A stretch of DNA of 64,000 bases from positions 186,050-250,049 of the forward strand of contig JADJCA010000011.1 of NCBI GenBank assembly GCA_016703425.1. Reading direction: 5' to 3'. Below, piece by piece: positions 39,929 to 48,003 of the stretch. The position numbers were made by a program, and so were the translations under genes. The notes below the pieces were generated by a model, which worked only from the letters and a program-made list of their open reading frames with translations, was not told the DNA's origin and did no database searches. Numbering within the stretch: the stretch's first letter is position 1; each line of letters starts with the position of its first letter. Source of the stretch: Myxococcales bacterium. GTDB taxonomy: Bacteria; Myxococcota_A; Polyangia; Polyangiales; Polyangiaceae.

Positions 39929-42900
39929 TTGCACGCCGCGGGCATGCCCAAACGCATCGGTTGGCTCAGCGCGAGTACGTCTTTGGTTGGGCTCTTTCTG
40001 GGACTCGCGTCATGCAGCGCCACGCCCGAAGTGGACGCGCGCCGCGATTTTGCTCGCGGCGCCACGGCGGACCAGCCTTCGTCGGTCTTCGTGGAGACCT
40101 GCGAGGTGCTCGACGCCACGAGCGCCGTGCCCGACGAGGGCGCCGCGTACCTCCTCGCAGGCGGCTTGGCAGGCGCGTTGGGCTCCGGCGGCGATCGCGA
40201 GAGGCAGCCGTTGCAGTCGACGCTTCGGCTCTTCGAAGACGGCGTCGAGATCGGCCCGCCTCACAGCATCCACGCCGACATCCGCGTGTTGGGCGGCGGT
40301 CGATTCTCTCACTGGGGAACCACGCTCCGCTGGTCGTCCTCGGACAACAGCGATCCGCGCCTGAATGGCCGCGTCTACGCCGCGATGGTGTCTCACCCGA
40401 TGGACGTCACCACCGCCGCGCACGACGAGGGCAAGAACTACATTCTGACGGCGGCCTTCGGTCTCCCAGGGGACAGCGTGCAAGGCCCGACGCAATCGTC
40501 GTTGCGCCTCTTCGAAGACGGCGTCGAGCTCGGCCCCGCCCACAGCCTCCACCAAGACATCCGCGAGCTCGGCGCCGGTCGCTTCTCTCACTGGGGCAAC
40601 GCGCTCTACTTCTCGAGTCGTGACGGCAGCGATCCGCGCACCAACGGCCGAGCGTACTCCTTCGTGCGATCCGACACCTGCCTCGAGCCGACCCGCCGAG
40701 CACCCGAGGTCTGCACGCCGCTATCCCCGGGCGGGATGAGCCCCGAGGTCGGCCAGGCCTTCGTGACGAGGCAGGGACCGGAGGGCCCGAGCGATGGGGC
40801 CTCCGCGCCCACGCGGTCTACCACGCGCATCTACGAAGACGGCCGTCCGCTAGGACCGGCCCACAGTTCGCACGAGGCCATACGTCAGGTTGGGCGCGGC
40901 CGATTCTCACACTGGGGCGAGACGCTCTACTTCTCGTCCTCCGACGGCACCGACCCGCGCAGCAACGGCCGCGCGTACACGACGGCAGCGGCTCACGTGC
41001 TCCCCACCGTGAACGCCAACGTCGATGAAGGTCGCGCCTTCGCCCTTCCGTTGCTCGCGGCTCCGAGCGACACGGCGAGCCGGCCGACGCTGTCGCAAGT
41101 CGTTCTCTTTGAAGATGGGGTGCCGCTTGGGCCTGCGCACAGCACCCACGACGCGATCCGCACGCTCGGGGGCGGACGCTTCTCGCATTGGAACGGGAGG
41201 CTCTACTTCTCTAGTTCCGATGGCTCGGACGTGCGCACCAACGGCCGGGTCTACTCGTACCTCGCGTCCCCCGATTGCGACGACGGCTTTCCCGAAGCGC
41301 AGCTCGAGACCTGCGACGCCCTCGATCTGTCGGAGGCGGTCTCCGATGGCGGGGTCGCTTGGCGGCTCTCGAAGGCGTTCAGCGAACCGGGCGACACGGC
41401 GAACAAGCCGGGGCGCTCGCGGCTCATGGTCTTCGAAGATGGCAGACCCCTTGGGTTGGGCCATCGCGTCCACGACGAGATCCGCACGCTCGGCGCCGGG
41501 CGCTTCTCGCACTGGTACGACAGCCTGATCTTCTCCGCGTCGGACAACACCGATCCGCGGACCAACGGGCGACGCTACTCCGTGAAGGCGAGTCACTTGG
41601 TCAAGGTCTCGGCGGCGGCCTCCGCGGAAGGTCACGCCCTTCTCTTGGAGGACGCCTTTGGTGCACCCGGTGACTTGCCCGGCAGCCCGGCGGCTTCGTC
41701 GATGCGCCTCTTCGAGGATGGCGTCGAGCTAGGGCCCGCGCACAGCGCGCACGCAGAGATTCGCGAGCGTGGTCAGGGACGTTTCTCTCACTGGAACAAC
41801 GCGCTGTATTTCTCGTCCAGCGACGGCACCGATCCGCGGACCAATGGGCGGACGTACACGTACGTATTGAGCAGCCGGTGCGAAGACCCGAGCGAGTCGT
41901 ACTTCCGCGAGAACTTCCTCGACACCTACGCGGCGTCCGGCGCTCTCGGTCCCTCTTGGCAGACGAGCGGAGCGTGGCAGCGGAGCGCCTTGCGCGGGAT
42001 CACGGGCGCGTCGGGTGATGCGTCAGGTGGCGCGTCGAATGAGAGCGCTGAAGCGCTCCTCGACGCGCAACACTTTACCGACGCGCGGATCTCGACTTGG
42101 GTCGACCTGAGCGACGCGCAGGTGGGCGATTCGCTGGCCCTCGTTGCGCGGCGTCAAGCGAGCGGTGCGCACTACGCTGCGCGCTTGGCGAAGGCGGCTG
42201 CGGGCTACCGCGCATCCATCGAGCGGTGCACCGCCACCGCTTGCGAGGAGTTGTCGGCCAACAGCTTCTCGCGCGGCTTGGGAGTCTTCACCTTCGACCT
42301 CCGCGCCGACAAGCTCACGCTCTCCATGGCCGGTGCGGCAGAAGCTTTTGCCCGCGACGCGACCCTGAACGGTGCGGGCCAGCTGGGCCTCCGGGCCAAG
42401 CTTCGCGGAGGGGCTGTCGCCCGCTTCGGCGTGCAGCAGCGAGGTCTCGAACCAACGAGCGCGATCCAGGTCTCGACGATCGCGAGGGCCGACACCGGCT
42501 ACGCGACGTTCCAGAGCATCAACCAGCGCGTGGTCGAGACCCCTTATGGCTGGTTCACGACGTGGCTCGAAAGCTCCGCCGAGCGCCCCGACGGCTCGGC
42601 GCCGGGCGTGTGGAAGCTCGCCCGAAGCAGAAACGGCGGCCAAAGTTGGGACATCGTCGATCGAGCGACGATCCCCGTGAGCACCAAGCCACCGGTGTTC
42701 GACGTCGACGCGAAGGGAAACCTCTACCTCGTCTACGTCGACTGGATGACCGGTGCGGGCTTCTTCCGAAAGTACGGTCCCCAAAATGACTTCGCTGGCC
42801 CGGCGCTGTCGACGACGTTGAGCGGCGGATTGGGGACCGGAAAGTACGCGGTGATCTACGACGCAGCCCGCGACGCGCTTTGGTACATGAACGGCTACGG

Positions 42901-43729
42901 CGGTCGCCTGTGGCGCCTCCGAACCGATGGGACGCTCGACGCGGGTTGGCCGCAGGGCGGCCTCGCGATCGTGGGCCCTGGCTCCGTCGCGGGCCCTCAG
43001 TACATGCTTGTCGAACTGGCGAACGGCTCGCTCATCGCGGCGTGGACCTCGAATCAAAACGACGGCTGCGGGGGCTTTGGCGGCGTTTGCTACTACGACA
43101 TCCGGTTCCTCCATTCCGCCGACGGAGTCACCTGGAGGAACGCCGCCGGGGAGGCCGTGAGCCTGCCCGTGGCCGCCGACGGCACCGGCACCGGACCGCA
43201 AGCAACGGTGGTCACTCGCGTCGACGAGCCCACGGCGTCGAGCCTCAACTGGTTGGCCAACATCCGCTACGCCGCGGGCAAGCTTCACTTCATGTACCGG
43301 TCCGCCGACGCGAACCCGAGTCTGAGCAAAAGCCGCATGGAGTACGTGCGGTGGGATTGGGGCCCCGGCGCGCGCGTCGAGGACAAGCGCGTGGCTCTCG
43401 AGCCGTGGGCCGGACGAGCGGTCTCGCTTCTGGGCTTGGACGGATTCTTCTCGGGGAGCGATCGGGCGACAGCACCGCTCGTCGCCGTCTCCCATGCGCC
43501 CAAGGGTGGCGACCGCGTCGGAGCCCTGATCAGTCGCGATGCAGGCAGCACGTGGAGCGACCTCGGCCTCGCCAACGCCGTGGGTCCAGAGCGTTGGGTC
43601 TACGCCGTCGGAGGCGCGCGTAAACCGACCGTCGATGGGTGGGTCTTGGGGACTTACACCGAGTTCCCGGTCAACGGCGCTGGCCCGGGGAGCTTCCTGG
43701 TGCGCTTTTTCAAGGTGCGCGCCCGGTAG
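39929..43729 (+). CDS. giant lipoprotein: six 93-aa tandem repeats plus C-terminal BNR/sialidase-like propeller
   Basis: Lipobox LFLGLASCSATPEV. Repeat consensus ...DEG.AY.L.AAFG.PGD....P..S.LRLFEDGVELGPAHS.H..IR.LG.GRFSHW...LYFSSSDGSDPRTNGR.Y occurs six times. Asp-box-like motifs SRNGGQSW, SADGVTW, SRDAGSTW in the last 450 aa. Confidence 0.7.
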   Translation: MHAAGMPKRIGWLSASTSLVGLFLGLASCSATPEVDARRDFARGATADQPSSVFVETCEVLDATSAVPDEGAAYLLAGGLAGALGSGGDRERQPLQSTLRLFEDGVEIGPPHSIHADIRVLGGGRFSHWGTTLRWSSSDNSDPRLNGRVYAAMVSHPMDVTTAAHDEGKNYILTAAFGLPGDSVQGPTQSSLRLFEDGVELGPAHSLHQDIRELGAGRFSHWGNALYFSSRDGSDPRTNGRAYSFVRSDTCLEPTRRAPEVCTPLSPGGMSPEVGQAFVTRQGPEGPSDGASAPTRSTTRIYEDGRPLGPAHSSHEAIRQVGRGRFSHWGETLYFSSSDGTDPRSNGRAYTTAAAHVLPTVNANVDEGRAFALPLLAAPSDTASRPTLSQVVLFEDGVPLGPAHSTHDAIRTLGGGRFSHWNGRLYFSSSDGSDVRTNGRVYSYLASPDCDDGFPEAQLETCDALDLSEAVSDGGVAWRLSKAFSEPGDTANKPGRSRLMVFEDGRPLGLGHRVHDEIRTLGAGRFSHWYDSLIFSASDNTDPRTNGRRYSVKASHLVKVSAAASAEGHALLLEDAFGAPGDLPGSPAASSMRLFEDGVELGPAHSAHAEIRERGQGRFSHWNNALYFSSSDGTDPRTNGRTYTYVLSSRCEDPSESYFRENFLDTYAASGALGPSWQTSGAWQRSALRGITGASGDASGGASNESAEALLDAQHFTDARISTWVDLSDAQVGDSLALVARRQASGAHYAARLAKAAAGYRASIERCTATACEELSANSFSRGLGVFTFDLRADKLTLSMAGAAEAFARDATLNGAGQLGLRAKLRGGAVARFGVQQRGLEPTSAIQVSTIARADTGYATFQSINQRVVETPYGWFTTWLESSAERPDGSAPGVWKLARSRNGGQSWDIVDRATIPVSTKPPVFDVDAKGNLYLVYVDWMTGAGFFRKYGPQNDFAGPALSTTLSGGLGTGKYAVIYDAARDALWYMNGYGGRLWRLRTDGTLDAGWPQGGLAIVGPGSVAGPQYMLVELANGSLIAAWTSNQNDGCGGFGGVCYYDIRFLHSADGVTWRNAAGEAVSLPVAADGTGTGPQATVVTRVDEPTASSLNWLANIRYAAGKLHFMYRSADANPSLSKSRMEYVRWDWGPGARVEDKRVALEPWAGRAVSLLGLDGFFSGSDRATAPLVAVSHAPKGGDRVGALISRDAGSTWSDLGLANAVGPERWVYAVGGARKPTVDGWVLGTYTEFPVNGAGPGSFLVRFFKVRAR
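40110..41880. repeat. six tandem 280-nt coding repeats inside the giant lipoprotein gene
   Basis: cttcgaagacggcgtcgag / ggtcgattctctcactgggg recur at regular spacing (40226, 40504, 41094, 41704 and others). Confidence 0.7.
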
Positions 43730-43853
43730 GTCTCGCCGCCGAGAGCCGAGCGGAAACTTCGGGGTACCACTCCGAAGGCGCTTGCCATCGCCAGGCTATC
43801 TGAACAGACTTCCGAAGGTCCGAGTGGGTCGGCCCCAAAGTTGCCCCACGAAG

Positions 43854-45179
43854 TCACCGCACGGGTGGCGAAATTGGCAGACGCAGCGGATTTAGGTTCC
43901 GCCGCCGCAAGGCGTGGGGGTTCAAGTCCCTTCCCGTGCACTTCTCGAGAGATGAGGGCTCCGACATGCCGCCCTCTCCAGCGCTTGCAGCCGCGAATGC
44001 AGCCGCTTTGACGGCTGCAAACTCAGGAATTGCTGCGTCGAGGGGAGCGAGGTCGCCGAGCTCGGTCTCGAGTGCGGTGCGCGCGGCGCGGCGGTAGCGA
44101 TTGATCATTTGCGAGGAGCGATGGCCCGTGCGGTCGGCGACCCATGTTTCGGAACGCCCGTTGGCCAGCGCGAGGGTGATGAACGTCGCGCGAAGATCGT
44201 GAATGCGGATTGGCTGGCGCGCGTCCGAGTCCTCGAAGAGCTCGGGACGGTCGACGCCCGCGGCTCGGAGATGCTCGCGGAGCTTGTCGGCCAAGTGGGT
44301 GCGGTCGACGAGGCCCTCGAAGACGAGGTCGCTCGAGGCTCGCATGTCGCGCCACGCGCTGAGAGCGTCGACGACGCCCGGGCTCATCTTCCACGCGCGA
44401 GCGTCGTCGGTCTTGTTCGTGTCGAGGCGAATCACGCCGCGCTCGAGGTCGACGTCGGCCCAGGTGAGGCGTTGTGCCTCGTCGCTCCGCATCCCCTCTC
44501 GCGCGAGGAACCCGTAGAAGACGCGGTGCGCGAGCGGCACGCTCGACGACGCGAGGAGCTTCGCGTCTTCGGCCGGATAGAGGTACGGCAACGCCTTCGC
44601 GCGTGGCGACTTGGGGAGAAAGCCGCGAGGGAGCGGCGAGCTCTTTAGTAAGCGGCACGGGTACACCGCGATCCCGAGGACGCGAATCATGAGCTGCGCA
44701 ACGTGCCGCCTCGAGGACGCCGACAGCTCGCCAGGAAGGCGGCGAAGAACCTCCGCCGCGTGGTCGATGGTGAACGCGTCGAGCGGCACCTCGCCGACGA
44801 CCGGATAGACGTGCTTCTCGAGGCGCCCCTCGTCGTCGTCGCTCGTTCGCTTGCGGCTCACATGGTCGGGGTAGCGGCGCGCCAGCTCGCCACTCGTCCA
44901 GTCTTCGGCGAACTTGCGGAAGGTGAGCGGGCCAGCCTTCGGGGGTTCGGCTTTTTTGACGATGACGCCGGCGACGATGCCTTCGACGGCACGACCAAGC
45001 TCGGCCATCTTCGCCTCGTCGGCGAGAGCGGCGCTCTCCGCAAGCTTCTCGACGAAGTCGACCGCGCCGGCCACGCGGAGGCGGTTCACGAGGGCCTGAA
45101 TGGCCTTCGCTCGCTGGTCGGCGGTCTCCGCGTCGACGCACCACGGGAGCGCTTCGTTGCGGCGCACACCAGGCGCCAC
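43854..45179 (-). CDS. tyrosine-type integrase (phage integrase family)
   Basis: C-terminal catalytic region HDLRATFITLALANGRSETWVADRTGHRSSQMINRYRR (R..H..R..Y). The last ~28 codons read through the antisense tRNA, so the true 3-prime end is uncertain. Confidence 0.85.
   Translation of the reverse strand: MAPGVRRNEALPWCVDAETADQRAKAIQALVNRLRVAGAVDFVEKLAESAALADEAKMAELGRAVEGIVAGVIVKKAEPPKAGPLTFRKFAEDWTSGELARRYPDHVSRKRTSDDDEGRLEKHVYPVVGEVPLDAFTIDHAAEVLRRLPGELSASSRRHVAQLMIRVLGIAVYPCRLLKSSPLPRGFLPKSPRAKALPYLYPAEDAKLLASSSVPLAHRVFYGFLAREGMRSDEAQRLTWADVDLERGVIRLDTNKTDDARAWKMSPGVVDALSAWRDMRASSDLVFEGLVDRTHLADKLREHLRAAGVDRPELFEDSDARQPIRIHDLRATFITLALANGRSETWVADRTGHRSSQMINRYRRAARTALETELGDLAPLDAAIPEFAAVKAAAFAAASAGEGGMSEPSSLEKCTGRDLNPHALRRRNLNPLRLPISPPVR
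43859..43940 (+). tRNA. tRNA-Leu (anticodon UAG), type II with long variable arm
   Basis: Manual fold: acceptor GCACGGG/CCCGTGC (7 bp), D-stem GCG/CGC, anticodon stem GCGGA/TCCGC, loop TTTAGGT giving anticodon TAG, 13-nt variable arm, T-loop GGTTCAAGTCC. CCA not encoded. Confidence 0.75.
43891..43944. repeat. attL core: 54-bp direct repeat, the 3-prime half of tRNA-Leu
   Basis: tttaggttccgccgccgcaaggcgtgggggttcaagtcccttcccgtgcacttc is identical to 59759-59812. Confidence 0.85.
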
Positions 45180-45240
45180 GACGATGCGGGCGAAGTAGCG
45201 GCCGCGGATGCAGCAAGCGCCTCCGCGCCGCGGGGTCGAC

Positions 45241-45426
45241 TTATTTCTTCGACTTCTTCTTGGTCAGCCCCGCACGCTCCGCTTCCTCGCGAATGAGTTG
45301 CCGGACGGCGTCCGTCATCGAGAGCCGCCTCGTCTCCGAGATGCGCTCGAGCTCGCCCCGCTCGTCGAGGCTGAGACGGAGGAAGATCCCCTTCGTGCGG
45401 TGTCGGTCGGGTTGGGCGGCGGGCAT
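45241..45426 (-). CDS. ribbon-helix-helix (CopG/Arc-like) DNA-binding protein
   Basis: MPAAQPDRHRTKGIFLRLSLDERGELERISETRRLSMTDAVRQLIREEAER shows the RHH beta-alpha-alpha pattern. Short 61-aa form chosen. Confidence 0.55.
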   Translation of the reverse strand: MPAAQPDRHRTKGIFLRLSLDERGELERISETRRLSMTDAVRQLIREEAERAGLTKKKSKK

Positions 45427-45565
45427 GTGGCTATCCATGCCTAGCACGCGCTTTCGACAATGGAAACGCTATTTCTGGCGATGCTTTTTCACATCGATGC
45501 GTTCCGTGGAAGGTCGCGGGGTTGCGGGGCCGCGTTCGTGATGCGAATAGGTCTCGCCGAAGCGG

Positions 45566-45985
45566 CTATTGCGCACCGCGTTCGAGGTTGGCCTGAAAGA
45601 CACCGACGACCTTGTCGCGCATCTCGCGTGACGAGATGTCCAAGAGGGACGCGTGCGCCGGCTTGAGTTCCGCGATTTGGCAGTCGTGTGACGAATATCG
45701 GACATCGACGCCGATCTTCCGAAGGGCAGAGGCAGCGAAGCGGGCCACTCCGTACCCCTTCCACGCCGGCTTCGCGGCCTCCAGCGACGCCAGGTCGTTC
45801 GGGAGGCGAGACGCGACATACACCGATGGCCCGTAGTTGCTCGGGGTCGGGGTACCCTCGAATTCCTTCGTCGGAAGCGACGCGGTTTTCACCACTCGTC
45901 CCTCGATATGGGTGGGGTGAATCAGGCGCAACACAGCTTCTTCGTCACCGACCGGCACAAGGTCGGACGCCGGCGGACGAATCAC
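45566..45985 (-). CDS. hypothetical protein (139 aa), GTG start overlapping the upstream stop (GTGA)
   Basis: Protein-like from VIRPPASDLVPVGDEEAVLRLIHPTHIEGRVVKT. The track ORF N-terminal 60 aa is Arg-rich junk. Confidence 0.4.
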   Translation of the reverse strand: MIRPPASDLVPVGDEEAVLRLIHPTHIEGRVVKTASLPTKEFEGTPTPSNYGPSVYVASRLPNDLASLEAAKPAWKGYGVARFAASALRKIGVDVRYSSHDCQIAELKPAHASLLDISSREMRDKVVGVFQANLERGAQ

Positions 45986-46494
45986 TTGCCGCGTCGCTGG
46001 TCGAGCAGCCGGGTTGTACGCAACAGAAGATCGCCAAGCGACGAGAACGTCTCTTCGGTGCGCTCCGACGGGCTCGACGCGGACACGACATGTTTCGCAT
46101 CCCCAAGCTCCGCAAGTACGGTCCGCTCGCCATCGCGCCATTCGAAGTGGATGTACCCATCTCCGCACGGCGAGATCATCGGCCGGGGGACATCGAACAA
46201 CACGACCATCGCGACGAACGAGCGCGCCGATTCCCAGCGTGACGCTGGAAAAGCTTCAGCCCCCTCATCGTCCCATCCCGGCAACCGGGTAACGACCTCG
46301 AGCCGCTTCAGTGTTTCGCGCGCCTCATCAAGCCACGGCTGTCGCCGCGCCGTGCGGGGCCCGGTGGGCTTCGGACGCGCGACTACGGGCAGCGGCGGCG
46401 GCTCCAGCTTACGCTCGACGCCGCTCTCCGGCGGCGGCGGCACGCGCCACCGTTGACCTTGCGTCTGTCGACGGTCGTAGGCGTGTTCGCTCAC
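45982..46494 (-). CDS. hypothetical protein (170 aa)
   Basis: WDDEGAEAFPASRWESARSFVAMVVLFDVPRPMISPCGDGYIHFEWRDGERTVLAELGDAKHVV has good composition. ATGA overlap with the upstream gene. Confidence 0.45.
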   Translation of the reverse strand: MSEHAYDRRQTQGQRWRVPPPPESGVERKLEPPPLPVVARPKPTGPRTARRQPWLDEARETLKRLEVVTRLPGWDDEGAEAFPASRWESARSFVAMVVLFDVPRPMISPCGDGYIHFEWRDGERTVLAELGDAKHVVSASSPSERTEETFSSLGDLLLRTTRLLDQRRGK

Positions 46495-46778
46495 TGAATC
46501 CTCCCTGAGGTTGGGCTTGGCTGAACAAGATCCATGACCATCGCCACGAGTTGGAGGGCCTGCCCTTTGCCCATGATGACCCGCGTCCTCACGAGCGCAG
46601 GTAGCACTTGCTTGCCGCCCTCCTCACGGATGGCTTGCGGCTGCACGGAGCAGAAGTCGAGGTAAACCTCGTCATCCGACGCCGACAGCGCCACATGGTT
46701 CGAGTGGACCTCGGGCAAGTCGCGCGGGTCGGCAGGGTAGATCGGCTTGAACTCCTGGATGTTTATCCGGTCGGCCAC
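46491..46778 (-). CDS. hypothetical protein (95 aa)
   Basis: MADRINIQEFKPIYPADPRDLPEVHSNHVALSASDDEVYLDFCSVQPQAI. First gene of a three-gene translationally coupled cassette. Confidence 0.45.
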   Translation of the reverse strand: MADRINIQEFKPIYPADPRDLPEVHSNHVALSASDDEVYLDFCSVQPQAIREEGGKQVLPALVRTRVIMGKGQALQLVAMVMDLVQPSPTSGRIQ

Positions 46779-46893
46779 GGGGTCTCCTCGGGCGGGAAGA
46801 TATGCGCTCCGGAGGGAACACGCACGTTCGGCGTAGTATGCCCCGCCCGCATGCTCTACGGGGGTTCAGTGGCGCCTTGCTGAGCACCGTCGC

Positions 46894-48003
46894 TCACGCC
46901 CTCACCTTCGACGCGCCGGTGAGGATGACGCCGGTGATCGGAACGGGCGCGAGAAGCACGCTCTCGAATGCGCCCGCCGTTGGTGAAACCCCCGAGAACG
47001 GCGTCCCGGGCGGGATGGTGCACGACACGACATCGCCAACGCGCGCGACCGCTTGGAGGCCGCCGCCGAGCGATAGCTCAGTCACGCCGCCGGCGGCGTC
47101 GAACGAAACAACGCGAGGCTTGGCGGGGTCGCCATTCTTCCAGGTGACACCGACGCGCGTCCCTCGAGGCACCTTCGCGGTCGTGCCCGGGGTGCCGAAG
47201 TCAATCGGGACGCCGGCGAGGTCCGGAAAGCGGGGGTCCTCGAGGTCGAGCTCGAGCGTCCCGTCGGCCGCTTGGAGGATGACGGTCGCGGCGTAGGTGC
47301 CGAAATAGTCGACGTGTGAGACCGCCCGACGGATGAGGGCGTCGAGGGTCGCGCGGTCGCCGACCTCGAGGACCATCGCGGTCCCCTGGTCTCCGACCGA
47401 GGCCGTCGCTCGAGCGACGCGCTCGCCGGCGACCGTCGTGCCCGGGAGGGCCCATCGCCGCACCTCGACGCGCCCGGTCGCGCTGTCGCGGTTGAGGATG
47501 TCGAGGTCGACGAGGCCGGCGTCGGGCCACGTCGGGGCCTTGAGCAGGAGCGATCCCGCCGGGGTCATGCGCCACGCGAGGCCGAGGGAGCGGGCGAGCG
47601 AGGAGAGCGCGAGGGCGGCGTGCGAGCCCTCGCGGGTCCAGTGCTCGAGCTCGACGTCGACGTCGCTCGCGGGGTCGAGTGTCTCGCCTGCCTCCGTTGC
47701 GATGTCATTCGCGACCGTGCGCGCGGAGACGCGGCGATAGTGTCGAGCGGCGAGGACCTTCGGCATGCCGCCGCCACCGCCGACGATGCGAGCCTCGACG
47801 GTGCCGGCAAACGACGCGCCACGGCGCGCGGCGCCGCGGAACGTGCCAACGCCTTCCCACTCGAGCGACACGGCTCCGGCGACGACGGACGCGTCGGAGC
47901 CCTCGACCTCGACGTCGGCCCACCACGCGCCCTCGAGGGGCACGACGAGGCGAGCGCGCACCACACGGGCGCCGTTGAGGGTGACGAGTGAGTTGTTACG
48001 CAT
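46894..48003 (-). CDS. phage tail-associated protein (370 aa) downstream of the tape measure; possibly a distal tail protein
   Basis: Start MRNNSLVTLNGARVVRARLVVPLEGAWWADVEVEG at 48001-48003, overlapping the TMP end. Beta-rich. Function inferred from position only. Confidence 0.45.
   Translation of the reverse strand: MRNNSLVTLNGARVVRARLVVPLEGAWWADVEVEGSDASVVAGAVSLEWEGVGTFRGAARRGASFAGTVEARIVGGGGGMPKVLAARHYRRVSARTVANDIATEAGETLDPASDVDVELEHWTREGSHAALALSSLARSLGLAWRMTPAGSLLLKAPTWPDAGLVDLDILNRDSATGRVEVRRWALPGTTVAGERVARATASVGDQGTAMVLEVGDRATLDALIRRAVSHVDYFGTYAATVILQAADGTLELDLEDPRFPDLAGVPIDFGTPGTTAKVPRGTRVGVTWKNGDPAKPRVVSFDAAGGVTELSLGGGLQAVARVGDVVSCTIPPGTPFSGVSPTAGAFESVLLAPVPITGVILTGASKVRA

Noticed and set aside
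42023-43495. 490-aa minus-strand ORF
   Set aside because: Antisense to the giant repeat/BNR lipoprotein. Arg-rich.
43854-43940. Integrase C-terminal 28 codons reading through the tRNA on the opposite strand (GRDLNPHALRRRNLNPLRLPISPPVR)
   Set aside because: Not rejected as a feature. I flag that the true stop may have been displaced; the same peptide also appears in the spurious 59476-59823 ORF because of the att repeat.
44023-45216. 397-aa minus-strand ORF
   Set aside because: Alternative frame of the integrase gene. Poly-Arg translation.
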